DNA of 62,975 nucleotides, counting the filler, from Kipferlia bialata (Eukaryota), in the NCBI GenBank assembly GCA_003568945.1. It is 4 parts of 4 records of this genome, joined end to end, with 100 filler letters (N's around TTAATTAATTAA, not from the genome) between each part and the next. Parts side by side here need not be neighbours in the genome. Positions count along the whole stretch, not along the records: positions 31,313 to 50,567 come from BDIP01000435.1; 3 more parts are not named here. One strand, 5' to 3'. Position 1 is the first letter of the stretch. Each line of letters opens with the position of its first letter. This document shows positions 36,382 through 49,351 of this stretch, one piece after another. The translations under genes were made by a program, and so were the position numbers. The notes beneath the pieces were generated by a model. It ran no database searches and had not been told where the DNA came from. It saw only the letters and a program-made list of their open reading frames with translations.

Positions 36382-39300
36382 GACATACCAACCAGAGTAG
36401 TGATCCACGACTCATCCCGGACATGCCCCATACCCCTTGACACACCAGTAGGGATGCTCAGGGTGAGGCATAAATGTGCATGTATATGGTGTGCACTGCA
36501 TATCCATAGTAATCTAATCCCTTATTAACACCAGTATCTAGTTGAACCGGGACACATCGGCCCCCTCACCCTCTCAGCCTCCTTCGTCTCTGACACCCCT
36601 GACATAGGTGAAGATAGGGAGAGAGAGAGAAAAGGAATACTGGCAGACACAGTATACCCCTCTCTCTCCCCTATAGTCCTTGCTCGAATACCCGGCATGG
36701 AGGTAGACCCTGAGACAGCTATCCTAGGGTCCTATCCAGGTAGAGGTACAACTACACCCCTGGTGTCCGTGCTCTCTCAGTGCAAGAGTGCACTCCTGCA
36801 GATAGGGAGGGGAAGGGTGGAGCAGGTGGTGTCACTTGGAAGTGTACCTCAGGGTAGGGGCTGTGGGGTGAGTACACGGGGAGGGATACACACCCTACTC
36901 TCCATCTTACCGACTACCGGTGTGGAGGGAGAGGAGGAGACACCACTAGCCACTGCCTATGTAGTGGGTATGGTAGAGGGGAGGCCAGCGTGGAAGAGAG
37001 TGGGCTTAGACATGACACAGCCTGTGACTGCTCTCCTATCTGAGTGCAGAGCACATGTAGAGAAAGAGAGTCTCAGTGCATGTATCCTCATGGGGAGGGA
37101 CAGTGACACCGGGTCCCTAATAGTAGGTGTGGGAAGGGGGGACTCCTACTCCCACCTGCTCTACCTCGACACTTCCAACCCCACTCCTACTCTCTCCGTG
37201 TACTGCAAGCTGTCATCACCTGTCAAGGCGTCTGATGTGTCTGCTCTATCCTGCTGTGGCAGTGTGGCTACACTATCGCCTAAGGAGACTTCTCCATCCA
37301 TCTCCGTATGTCTAGGTAATGGTGCAGTGCATGCATCTAAGGTTGAGGGCACAGGACACAGAGCATGTAGTGTCGGTACTGTGTCCTACATGCCCCTTGC
37401 ACCAGAAGAGAGAGTGGGGGAGAGAGAAAAGAATGGCGTAGGTCTCCAAGTTTCAGTAAGAGACTCTCTCTGTGTCCCACTGCCGCTGGTTGCTGTGAGT
37501 TACGCGGTTGTAGGGACCTCCCTCATCTACACAGACACAGACTCATCTCTCAAGTTGGTGGACCTCTCTCCTCTGCTAGAGTGCAGTCTGCTTCCAGTTG
37601 TTACAGAGACTGACGTGCTGCCTAGCAATGGACCTCTACCCTGGGTCAACGACGGCACATCCTCTCCGCCCTTCCAACCCACTCTCACATGCGCCCTAGA
37701 CAACAGACTAGTGGCTGTCTCTTTGGTGCAAGGGTCTCTTGACGTCGTCGGACTGGCGGAGTTTGACTATGCCACGTGTGAATGGAGTGTGACATGTACT
37801 CCAGACCCCGGTGCTGCCACTCTACCTCTGATCAGCAAGGATACAGTTGTGGTGGGAGACTGCATGTACGCAACATACCAGGGGCGACTGCTATCCGTGC
37901 CCCTCTCAGTCGAGTCAGACTCTGCCACTTTGCACCTTATCTCCCTCACAGGACAGCCTCTGTACTGTAAGGACAGCCAGTTCATTGTGCTACCCACATC
38001 TACTGGTATGAGGCTTCAGCGTGTCCTCCCGGAGGTGTCACTTGCAGCGTACTCACTTGTGACAACTACCGGTGACAGGCAGGCCATTGGAGAGTGTTAC
38101 GGGTCAAGGTGTGTGACTGGTATAGTAGCTAGTGAGGACGGATGCTACAGTGTGAGAGGGTGTGTGTGGAGAGAGATGGAGGGGAAGAATGAGGAACAGG
38201 AAGTGGCAACCAACAGTGAAACAGTGGTCCACTCTCTCGACTCCATCGTGCCACTTGCTCTCTCTCCCACTGCTAAGCATGTGAATGTGGAAAGAGTGAA
38301 TGTCGGTGACGCACTCAGCAGACAGAGCGTGGAAGGATGGGAGTTCACCAAGTGCACCTTCACCAATCTCTCTTTCGCCACTCTTAGTAAGTGCAGGTTC
38401 ATTGAGTGTGACCTCAACCACTGTGACATACAGGGCACATCACTGCACAACTGTGTCTTCACCCAGTGTGACATGAGTGTGATCACAGTGACAACAGGAG
38501 CGTCACTTCTGAACGTGACACTCAAGGAGTGTGACACGACACACATGAGACTCAAGGGGTGCTCTCTCAGTGGGGACAACGTCGGACTCCCACTGGTAGA
38601 CAAGACCAACAGGGACTTGACTTCCGAGGACTTTGATGGACATGACGTGACTATTTGGGACATGACTGGTAGCAGAGTGTGCGGCATGGATCTGAGAGGG
38701 GTAGAGGGTCTGACTGTGGAGCACATTGGCTCCCTCACATCTATCAACCAGTGCAACATGTCTGGGTTGTCAATTGGAGGTCTTGATCTCTCAGACACTG
38801 ATGCCACTGGAAGTGACTTCTCCAGTTGCGATTTGACTACATGTGTTGTCACTGGTGCCACTCTAACTGAGTGTGACTTCAGCAACTCTAAGCTTGTCAG
38901 CGTCAAGGGTCTCACCCTAGAGCAGCTTGGTAGCGTAAGTAGTCTGATGGGTGCAGTTATAAGCGAGGTAGACATGCATGGGTGGGACATGCAGCACGTG
39001 GATTTGAGAGGGGTTGATCTCAGTGGGTGTGACATGAGAGGGTCTAAGGTGAGGGATACCCTGGTGGAGGGAACAACCCTACCTATGGGAGACCAGGCAC
39101 CCACAATGACACCCCCACCCAAGGCTTGGTTTGAGGTAGCCCAGGGAGTTACTGAGACGGTGACAACCACTAGTCTTCCCCATCAGGGTACCTACAACAA
39201 CCCAGTCACACTAATGCTACCAAGTGTGGAGAGCACTTGGAGACTTACAGCCACCTCAAGCACAGGTCAAGGCATGGTTGTCTCTTCCACAACACCTGGA

Positions 39301-39489
39301 AGCGGAGAGGGACCCTTCTGGCCACACAGTGGGGATGCAACTGTAACTCGGTCTGGAACTACCATCACAATATCTGGCCCTCGTTGTACTACATCCCACC
39401 CATGTGTAGAGGGTCAAGAGGCACATGTCACCTTGTATGTGTATGCATATCCCAATTACCAAGGCTCTTTGACAATAGCTTCACAATAG
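36382..39489 (+). CDS. Large protein with Cys-rich pentapeptide repeats (about 38340-39080) and an unassigned N-terminal region
   Basis: 930-aa ORF with FTKCTFTNL, FIECDLNHCDI, ATGSDFSSCDLTTC, ATLTECDFSNSKL. Two small upstream exons (36382-36462, 36535-36607) splice in frame. The initiator may be the ATG before the donor at 35875-35877. Confidence 0.85.
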
Positions 39490-39754
39490 TGGATTCCACT
39501 ACTGTGTACCGGTTCTCTGGGACATCTAGCTCCATAATAATGTATATTCAATGCGTCGCTGTCATAAGAGTGTAGGTGGCAAGAATAGACGAACATTACA
39601 ACGTAGTCAAGAGAATACAATACACACTATCAATAGTACAACAATTCTGGAATCGTTTGATTTGATGAGAAAACCTTACTAAGAACTATCAGGCTAATAA
39701 AGGAGTCTATTTCTAAAACCAAACAGCCGCAGCGTAGCTACATAGTGGCATAGT

Positions 39755-42170
39755 TTAGAAGTTGTCTACACGGAGCTCAAAGTATGCCTAAGCGTGAGAT
39801 GGGGGCTTCCGTAGAGTGAAGCATCCGTGGTGAATGAAACGCTGAACATACCTGAGGGTGGCTGCATGTGGCACAAGTGGTGGGCGCCTTCTTGCCATGG
39901 TGGATGTGGCCACACACACGGCACTCCCAGTACACTTCCTATTCATTAGATAGAGGGGAGAGAGAGAGAGAGGGAGACTATGTGGCAACAGTTACAGCAT
40001 CCCAAATTCACCTCCTAGCCTGCCGTACCACATACAACCACAAATGCAGCAAATGAGATAGCGATCAGGAGAGAGAGAGAATTGTGGATGTGGCAGCAGA
40101 GACACCGTTATCGCAATAACTCCTGAGGGGTAAATATACTTCTCAGTTCTGTAATGAGACAATACTAATGAAACAATCAGTGTAGTATACCTCCTCCTTC
40201 TCAAACACTGACCCAGACTCGACATTGTCTAGGAGGGCCTTGAAGCGGCGTTCATGGCTCTCCTCACACTGATGTTAGGCCTGATCGTGTAATCAGGTGG
40301 GAATGATGTACACTGTATCCTTCATCGATTTTTACTCAGAGAGATATTACCTTTGCAATCAGTCGGTAGGCCACTGCGATCTCTCTGAAGCCTAGTGTAA
40401 GAGCCACACGACATTTGGAGACAAAGACATGTAAGCACTATAAAAGCAGTAAGTACCACGGGGAAAGAGATAATATTACCTCATTCGTCCATACTATAAA
40501 GGGAGCGAAAAGGGAAGAAAACAACGAGAGAGATCTGAGGAGAGTCAGTCATGTTTTGTCACACACCTTCCTCCTGGGCTGTCTGTGCGAACTGGGGATA
40601 GAGAGTGGTCCACTCCTGGTACTCACCACCTGGGGCGAGTACAGTATATACACATACATATATGTAGAATATGTGTGTACTTGAAATACTGGCTCCAAAT
40701 ATAGCATAGCACTACTGTTAATGATACGAGAGGAAACACATACCTGCTGCCTCTCTGAGATTAGCTACTGTGTATCAGTAACAGTGTCAGTATCAGTATC
40801 AAAACATACAGTAACTATATATAGTTATATATAATTTGTATAATTACTACATAAAATTACTATATAGGTACCTGCTGCCTCTCTGAGGTTGGCTGCTGTG
40901 TCTCCAACGACACCTGCCCTGTAGGTGGCAGTGATCTAGGGTAAGTACAGAAATAGATGGACAAGAGTAGGTGCAAGTTACTATATATATGGAAGTAATC
41001 AAGGGGAGAGTTGGACACTTGTCACTACTAAGCAGATAGTCAAAGATATAGGGAGATAGACTGGACCTCCGTGTCTGCCCCTGACTCTAGGAACCTGAAG
41101 AACCTCTTGGCATGCCACTTCTCCTAGGGGTTAAGAGGAATGGAAAGTGTATATAAGACATAAACACCATTAGGTATCTGAAGAACCTCTTGGCGTGCCA
41201 CTTCTCCTGAGATATATATATATATGTGTGTGTGTGTGTCTAATAGTCATTGTCTATAGAGGGTGAACAGCAAGGAAGAACATCAGTGATAGAGAGGTTA
41301 CATCACGTAGTCTCGAGCCAAGAGCCGTCATTACCGAAGGAGTACATTGTGGTGATACATATATAGAATCATATATAGTATCATTGTACTGTGATACCTG
41401 GTCCGCTGTCTTCTGGAAGATCGCGCTGATCTGCTCGTAGCCCTCCTTCTTGGCAACCTTGGCAAACATCTCATACCTAGGGTGAGGAGTGTATTACTGC
41501 TATATATCTATAGAGAGAGAGAGAGTCCAAATGTATAACTAAGGAGTCCCTCCTTCTTGGCAACCTTGGCAAACATCTCATACCTATAGTGAGGGTATGA
41601 GTAATACACATAAAGAGATAGAGAGAGAGAGATCTAAGCCAAGGAGTCCCTGCTTCTTGGCAACCTTGGCTAACAGCTCATATCTAGAGTGAGAGGTACA
41701 GAAGTAAGGGATATAGAGCAGGGTTTCCCCCCTTCTCGCATATATCGAGAGTTTCAGCTAACAATACAGCGTAACGACAAAGAGAGACACACCCGCATCA
41801 CCTCACTGTGATGATCAGTGATCATTGATCACACTCAATCACATATATGCGGTGTCCTTTCCTATTGTATATCATACATTACTGCTGTAAGTAGAGATGG
41901 TTACTATGTTGCACTGTACAATCAACAGTTTCAGTATCAGTATCAGTCGGCGTGGAAGGAGGGGGGCACTAACATATTCACTACCTTGACATGTTCACAG
42001 CCTCTATAATACTGGATACTCTTATAGGTAGCATATAGACAACAGGTGACTGACAGAGCATAACCTATCTATCTCTCTCTCTCTTACCTCTGCCTGGCCT
42101 GACACTTCCTGGCAAAGGAGTTCAGCAGGTTGTACTCGGTCTGGGTGCCTGTCACGGACTTGGTGGACAT
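39755..42170 (-). CDS. rbr: Rubrerythrin (di-iron four-helix bundle plus rubredoxin-like domain), 9 exons
   Basis: MSTKSVTGTQTEYNLLNSFA..QARQR|YEMFAKVAKKEGYEQI..|EKWHAKRFF..|GGEYQEWTTLYPQFA..EEG|FREIA..|CEESHERRF..|WECRVCGHIH..CATCSHPQ|AYFELRVDNF*. Confidence 0.95.
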
Positions 42171-43027
42171 TGCTACTGTGTCACGGATACAGTACGCACT
42201 GTAGGGCTGGAGAGACATGCTCCAGGCTGAACAGTTCACAACAAAAACGAGTCCTACACCCTTAGCAAATAGATACCACGTAGTTCCTTCTTCATGCTGG
42301 AGCAGTCACATATCCTGTCATCTGCGCATTGAGAGGGTTAAGTGGTAATACAAAGGTAATATATCAATCAACTCTGAGAGGCTGACATTGATGGTCAGAA
42401 TACTGGGTGTATCGTATCTTTCGTGAATTAGAGCGACTCGTACTCTCTTGTGTAGAAGTAAACGTATATACAATATTAAGTTACTGCTTGAATATACAAT
42501 ATGTAATATTTGTATGCGTCCTCACAATTTCTCCCCTATCCCCCCCCCTCCTCTCCCTGTTCGCGGGCTATCACTTCTGGATGCACTGAGCGTACTTCCG
42601 TATCATACTCCCCTCCTGGACTCTGTACTCAACTTCCCCCTACAATGCACACCTTGTGAGATGTACTATAACACTAGGAATCCTAGTCTAGGATGCCCCC
42701 CTCCAGTAGTATATATATATATATACTAATATGAATATCTGTATATAGACATCTATGAATACCTAATACTTGGATGCCCCCCTCCAGTAGGAGAGAGTTT
42801 GCCGTCGAGCTGTCTACGTGCACAGTGCAATGGCCAATGTCTATCCTTCACCACCACTGTAACGCTAACTGGATATCCATAAGAGAGCATGTCATGATGG
42901 TAGGTATGGATCCGAGATGTAGAACAAGAGCATTGTAAATTTGAGTGTATTCTCCGTCCTGCGCATCCACTGATGGTAGGGCAGTTCGATAATCTAAGAG
43001 GATCATGATCTTGAGAATACTGGGTAC

Positions 43028-44374
43028 ATGCCTGAGGGCACACCAGGGGTGTATGTTATGCTGGACGTCTCTGGTCTGGAAGAGTGTGGTACCGTGAGGG
43101 TAGAGAGTGTGTGGGTGGACTATGACACGTGGGACGAGGACAGTGACGACGAAGAGGACGAGAAGATTCTATGTGGATGCATTGGTAGTCTGGCACTGGA
43201 AGCTAAGGTCCGTTCCTGTCCGGAGTGCTATACCAGCAAGCCGTCTCTCTCTGTCTACGACATAGCCACCGACAAGTCCTCCAGCGTGTCGTACCACCAC
43301 TGTAAGAGGTACATCACTGAATCTGGCTCCATTGCAGAGCTCCCTGGACAAGCGAGTCTCTTTCTCGAGTGTCCGTCCCTGAGAGATCCCGAGGGTTGCT
43401 GCCTTGAAAGGGAGTTTGTGTTGTTTGACACCACATGTGTGGTATTGTATAACCCAGAGACAGAGACATGGACCCAGGACAGCAGGAAAGATGTCGTACT
43501 ACCCCTCTCATTCACCCACACGGTTGAGAACGATGTGCTTCACGTGTTTGCTCCAAACATTCACATGACATACACAATCAGGGGGGGTTGGAGGGAGGAA
43601 GCAGATCCCCCATCTACACTCGGTACTATCCAGCAAGCCAAGGTGATATTGCATATAGTCTCACTCTGCCGCGTGGATACATTGACATTGTATCTTATCA
43701 TACATTGTCAGTGTGAATGCATTGCGATATTACAACCCCCATTCCTGTGCCTAACGGTCAGCGTTTTGGTCGCTCTAGTCCACAGTATCCGATATTTCCT
43801 CTCTATACGCAATATCACCCATCCATTGGGACAACAAGCCGTGTTACATGAGTAACTGACGCGTAGTGTCTAAATATAGTTAAGGGTAGCTCTCAACTGC
43901 TGTCTCATTATTAGAGCTTTGACCGCCTCATCCTCCTCTTCTGTGAGAGTGGAGTACACATCTATGACTGTATTAGTGGGGACTACGCCAGGCTAGCAGA
44001 GACTAGCTCACGGGTATAGCAATAATGCACGCTCTCTTGTCATGATCCGGCCTAATTCCCTAGTTTACTATATCATAACCACTGGTAAATGCACATCGTA
44101 TCTGATTTACCAGGCATCGAGATTCAGCGGGACTAGGGTGGGGCACAACACGCTGCTGAGCCAGGCCGAGATGGACTGCCCTGACATGCACTACAACCAG
44201 GAGCTGCATCGAGAGATGATGATGGTGGACCACAGCAACTTCACCCCCGCATTGACTGCCCTATGGATGTGCTCACCCTCCACCCTGACCTCCTATACCC
44301 CAGTGCAGAGATGGGGTGGGGGAGGGTGGTGGAGTGGGGGTGTGATGGAGTGGTGTAGAGACCCCGAGTACTAG
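43028..44374 (+). pseudogene. Kelch-like family paralog 1 (3 exons) with a 1-nt frameshift in the last exon
   Basis: YNPETETWTQDSR, HTVENDVLHVF, GTIQQAK|SFDRLILLFCESG shared with paralogs 2 and 3. In the C-run at about 44244-44248 the frame shifts before the conserved RIDxxMDVLTLHPDLLYPSAEMGWG block; this could be a homopolymer error. Confidence 0.6.
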
Positions 44375-44859
44375 GCCTAGTGAGAGTGTCACACACCACA
44401 CACATAGTATGACTCACACTCTTTCCTCGATAACGCTGGCACTATGGCCTCTGGTGTATCGCTGACAGCAACTTGTATATCTGTAGTATAGACTAGGATA
44501 TAGCAGACGCACAAGAATAATTGAGGGAACTATATACATAGAACTATGACCGGTGTGAGTATCTATGTGGCATAGTATTCCTGCAGAGTCGATATGTGAC
44601 TGCAGTCGGATACGTGCATAGAGCAGTAAGAGAAAATATTCTCTTCTTACTGTTAAGAGAATGTGTGAGGGAAATGGCACTAGTATGACCACATAAAGAG
44701 TATTCAATGAGTTCAACTCATGATAGAATACACATTGTTCTGTTCTATTTGGAGCAGATACTTATGATCGACTATCAAGTATTTACCGAGGCATGTTGGG
44801 CGGCCCAAGTTGGGCCCCCGGCTATCGACGGATTAGTATGACTGTATTGTGTGACACTC

Positions 44860-46280
44860 TCAATAGTGCATATAGTCCCTACACCACTCCATCACACGGT
44901 GTGATTCACACCCCCACTCCACCACCCTCCCCCACTCCCTCTCTGCACTGGGATATAGCAGGTCAGGGTTGAGGGTCAGCAATTCCATAGGGAGGTCAAT
45001 ACAACGGGTGAGGTCCTGTATCCAAGGCCTCGAGCCCATCTGGTAAATCTGCTGCCACAAGTCCCGATTCTCTACAGTATGCGGAAGTCTGACTCTAGCG
45101 CTGCTCACCATTGTGTTGGAGCCAACTGATAGGCCTCGGAAATAACACACCTTGGATTGGTAAATGATGGACATAAATAGTGTATCTATAATGTAGATCT
45201 TCCACACACTCATGTATATAGAATGTATAGAGAAGTAAACATGGATCAAAAGTCTACCATACCTCAGAGTTCTTGTCTGCAACCTTAGTGTAGTCTCCGC
45301 TAATGCAATCGTAGAGGTGTGTTCCAGCGGAACCTAAGAGGAGAATGAGACGGTCGAAGCTCTGTGTGTAAGAAGGCTCTCTTTCGAGTAGGGCCCATAC
45401 TCAGTAGGCATAAGAGAAATCTCCCGTATGGTGTATATGAATAGAAATATACCTGGTCTTGCCAGTAAATGCCACCCTATGACAGAATCTCCTGTTACAG
45501 AGCTTGCAGTCACTGTGTATATATACAATCATATGTAGCATGGTGCATGAAATCGTACGCATGTCGGGAAATGTATACCTGAGCTTGGTGGATAGTACCA
45601 ACCGATGAGGGAATCTTCTCTTCCTCCCTAAACCCCCTCTTGATGGTGTATGTCAGGTGCCTACCATCACCAAACACGTGTAGAACGTCGTTCTCGACTG
45701 TGTGTGCAATACGATACCGAACATGGATCCCCTCTCTGCGGTCTAGTGTCCACTGCTCAGTATCTGGGTTGTACATTGTCACCACAGGGGTCCCATCTCT
45801 GAGAGTGAAGAGGACAAACTCTCCGTCAAGGGTACAACTCGCTGGTTCCTGAATCCTAAACCATTCTAGAGCATCCCTCTCTGCCACAGTAACAATACTG
45901 CCCTCGTCACCAATGATCCTCGTGCATCTACGGGACCCACCACTGTACTCCTCTGTGGCTAGATCGTAGAGGTCGAATGTTGGCTTGTGCACAGAACCAA
46001 CTCTCTGCACTTCCAACATAAGACCACACATGCACTCCCGCAGTATCTTTCTCTTCTCCCAGTCGTAGGTGTTACTCACGGCTCTGTCTGCCAGGCGAAC
46101 ACGTTGCACAACCACCCTCCTCTCCCCATCCTCTCTCCCCTCCTGTGAAAGGGCAGAGATGTCCAAGTTTAGTGTCACTACTGCAGCTGTGTCATGTTCC
46201 TCAAAGGGCAGTAGAGTCTCGCGTGCCTCCACCAAGACACACTGATCCCCAGCAGACACCCAGTTCAGCTGGAAGTGAGA
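44860..46280 (-). CDS. Kelch-like family paralog 2 (3 exons); initiator ATG missing at the homologous position
   Basis: SHFQLNW.., YNPDTEQWTLDRR, HTVENDVLHVFGDG, GTIHQAQ|SFDRLILL.., LLTLNPDLLYPSAE; CAG stands where paralog 3 has ATG. Confidence 0.65.
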
Positions 46281-47860
46281 CTGTTCTCTATACTACGTCT
46301 TAGCCTGAGAGTGGCTTTGCATACATGTCTACACAAAGAGATATATGCACTGTCTATATACATATGACAATTGTCACCCAGTCTAGCTGCAAAGTGAGAC
46401 ATATCCATTTCAAGAATTGTTCTGAGCGCTATATACCTCAATATATATTGAGAATGTCAATTAGATACACATACAAAGGGATAGAGATAGAGAGATAGAG
46501 AGGGAGAGAGAGAGAGAGAATGTCCCATCCACCTCAAAAACTCCGGCAAGAAGAGCCACTGGCCAATTCACGGTACATGCCGATATATCAACTGCAGGGA
46601 CACTACCATAGGGTGGCATTGCGATACACGCTACTCAATGTATTTCTGGGTGTGAGAGTGTGAATTGTGCTATTTGTGGAGGGGTGGAGAGCTAGTACGG
46701 GAATTTGTCGGATGTCGGGGGGGGAGGAATTCATAGAGAGAGTGAATGATTATGATTTGGGAGAAGCGGAGAGATACAGAGCATATCTATAGGCATTAGG
46801 CTGAGGTCAAGCTATAGATGTCAGACTAGTGAGAGTAATTTCCAGGTACCATATCAGTGGGTACGTACCTGGATGAGTCTGCCAACCTACAACAGATACA
46901 GGAGTGAAGAAACTGCCTCCTCTAGGGGTAGAGGTGGACTAGTACCTGGGGTCGGGGGAAGGGGAGGGGAGGAAGACTGGGGAGGAAGGTGATATATCAA
47001 TTAGGAGTGAAACCGGAAAGGGTGAAAGAGAGAGGGAGACTAGCCTCTATAGGGAGATGGATAGGAGAGGTATAGGCGAAAAGAAGCGGGGGGGGATTTA
47101 ACGCGAATTGAATGCCAGTGAGCGATGTATCACAACTATATACACAATATGGGAGTGCTACTGATTCTGTATCAGGTATGATTCATGTAGATTGGGAATG
47201 GTGCTGTTACATCACACTCTCTCTTACCCCAAACACAGTACCCAGATATATGATAGTAATCATTTAGAGAAGGAAACCAGTAGCCATCCTGCCTGTAGCA
47301 CTTAAAAGGTGCGTGCACTTACCGCTGATTTGTGGTTAAAGGAAGAGGGACCAGCCAAGTGATCCCGTTTTTGATGAATGGAAAAGGGGTTCTTCTACTC
47401 ACAGAATAGGGAACATCGTACGACCCATATCAACCTTCTATTCGGATTCTGGAGGCGTTGATAAGATTTCCATCACAATTGGGCGTATGTGCTGTTTTTG
47501 CAACCCACACTGTGGGCCACAGATCTCAGAAACTCTGGGAAGAGAGAGAGAAGCAAGGAGTGTTGAAAGAGTGCATTGACCGGAATAGGACTCTAGAGAA
47601 GCGTCTGACTCTCGACTACTACGGGTACGTACTTGGAATATAGTGTGTTATCGCAATGCGATAGTGGCAAAGAGTCTATTCAAGCATCATAATGTGTCTC
47701 TATATGCCTTCCTGCCGCCATCAGGGTCTCTGTCTGTATTGCAGATAGGACTTAGACTGCTCCACAACTGGCAGTTGTCAACTGCCCTAATAGCCCTCTA
47801 CTCACCTCTCGCTCTCTCAGTGATTATATTCGTTTGTAAGCTCCATAGTGCCTGGAAACT

Positions 47861-49351
47861 CTATACCACTCCATCACACCCCCACTCCACCAGCCTTCCC
47901 CACCCCATCTCTGCACTGGGGTAGAGGAGGTCAGGGTGGAGAGTAAGCACATCCATAGACATGTCAATGCGCTGGTCCAGGTCGCCAACGCCACCGTAGT
48001 ACATATCCTCCCACACTCTTTTACCTTCCTCAGTGTCTGGTAGGGTCACCTTAGACGTACTCAACATCCTGTCAGGGCCGACTAACAGTCCTCTAAACTG
48101 GGATGCCTGGAGAGAGTGAGAGATTACAGATATGTGTCAGTGTTGTACACAACTGATATGCTGTTGGGAGGTGTGCCTTTTCTTAGTGTTGTTGTCTGAC
48201 TACTGTCATACTTAACACTAGTACGTATTATACAGAAAGAGTAGGAAGAGGGGTTCTTGTCGAACGTACGGAAGTATCCTTCTCTGCCACCCTGGCGTAG
48301 TCCCCACTAACAGTGGTTATGATATAGTAAACTAGGGAAATAGGCCGGATCATGACAAGAGAGGGTGCATTATTGCTATACCCGTGAGCTAGTCTCTCCT
48401 AGCCGGACGTAGTCCCCGCTAATACAGTCATAGAGGTGTAGTCCACTCTCACAGAAGAGGAGAATGAGACGGTCAAAGCTCTGGGTATGAGATGGCGTTA
48501 GTGTGTATACCAATTGGCTACCGGCCACTCTACGCTCAGTGGGTACCTGACATATAGAGCTTGGAGTAACTGTATGCAATATATATACATATATGTGGGG
48601 GGCATATATGTACATGTACCCATATCCAATAATATACCTGGGCTTGGTGGATAGTACCAACCGATGAGGGAATCTTCTCGTCCTCCCTAAACCCCCTCTT
48701 GATGGTGTATGTAATGTGTCTACCATCACCAAACACGTGTAGAACGTGGCTCTCGACTGTGTATGCGATATCAGACGGAAGACTGAGACCCTTTCTGCTG
48801 TCTAGTGTCCACCTCTTGGTGTCCGGGTTGTACATGGTCACGACAGGGTCCCTGTATGGCTCATATAGGCTATATGAGTGAGTGAAGAGGACAAATTCTC
48901 CAGCAAGGGTACAGCTCTCTGGTGCATCCATTTGTGGCCACTCTAGAGCAATACGCTCTGGTATCCTGACGACGGCGCCGTATTCATCTATGAACCCAGT
49001 GCACCGACAAGGCACCCTATAGCCCTTGTCCTTGGCTGGCTCCGACACAGAGACTATTGGCTGGGACGCACCGTTTGTTACGTCAGCCACCACAACTAGA
49101 CCACCTATGTACTCTCGTAGTGGTCTCTTATACCCCCAAGCACTATCTGGGTCGTGAACATTCCATTCCTTTTTGGCACGGTCAATTACTATTCTCCTAT
49201 CCCCCTGCTCCTGTGAAAGGCCAGACACGTCGAGGTCCAGCGTCATGACAACTGTATACCCATCAGGGGCCAATGCACTCAGAGAATCCGAAGCATCTAC
49301 TCTGACACTATGCTCCCCAAGAGGCATCCACTCCAGCTGGAAGTGAGACAT
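47861..49351 (-). CDS. Kelch-like family paralog 3 (3 exons, apparently intact)
   Basis: MSHFQLEW..YNPDTKRWTLDSR..GTIHQAQ|SFDRLILLFCESGLHLYDCISGDYVRLGETSSR|ASQFRG..LLYPSAEMGWG. Confidence 0.75.

Noticed and set aside
35458..36440. 307-aa and 186-aa ORFs, and the many other ORFs rich in ERER, LSLS or YIYI
   Set aside because: Read-through of microsatellite-rich introns or the antisense strand of real exons
38145..39170. 341-aa antisense ORF, and similarly 27863-28573
   Set aside because: Shadow ORFs of the pentapeptide and Tudor-SN coding sequences, with no independent features
47400..47460. Minus-strand RIEG*YGS resembling the ferric-reductase IEGPYG motif
   Set aside because: Short, contains a stop, and has no supporting neighbouring exons
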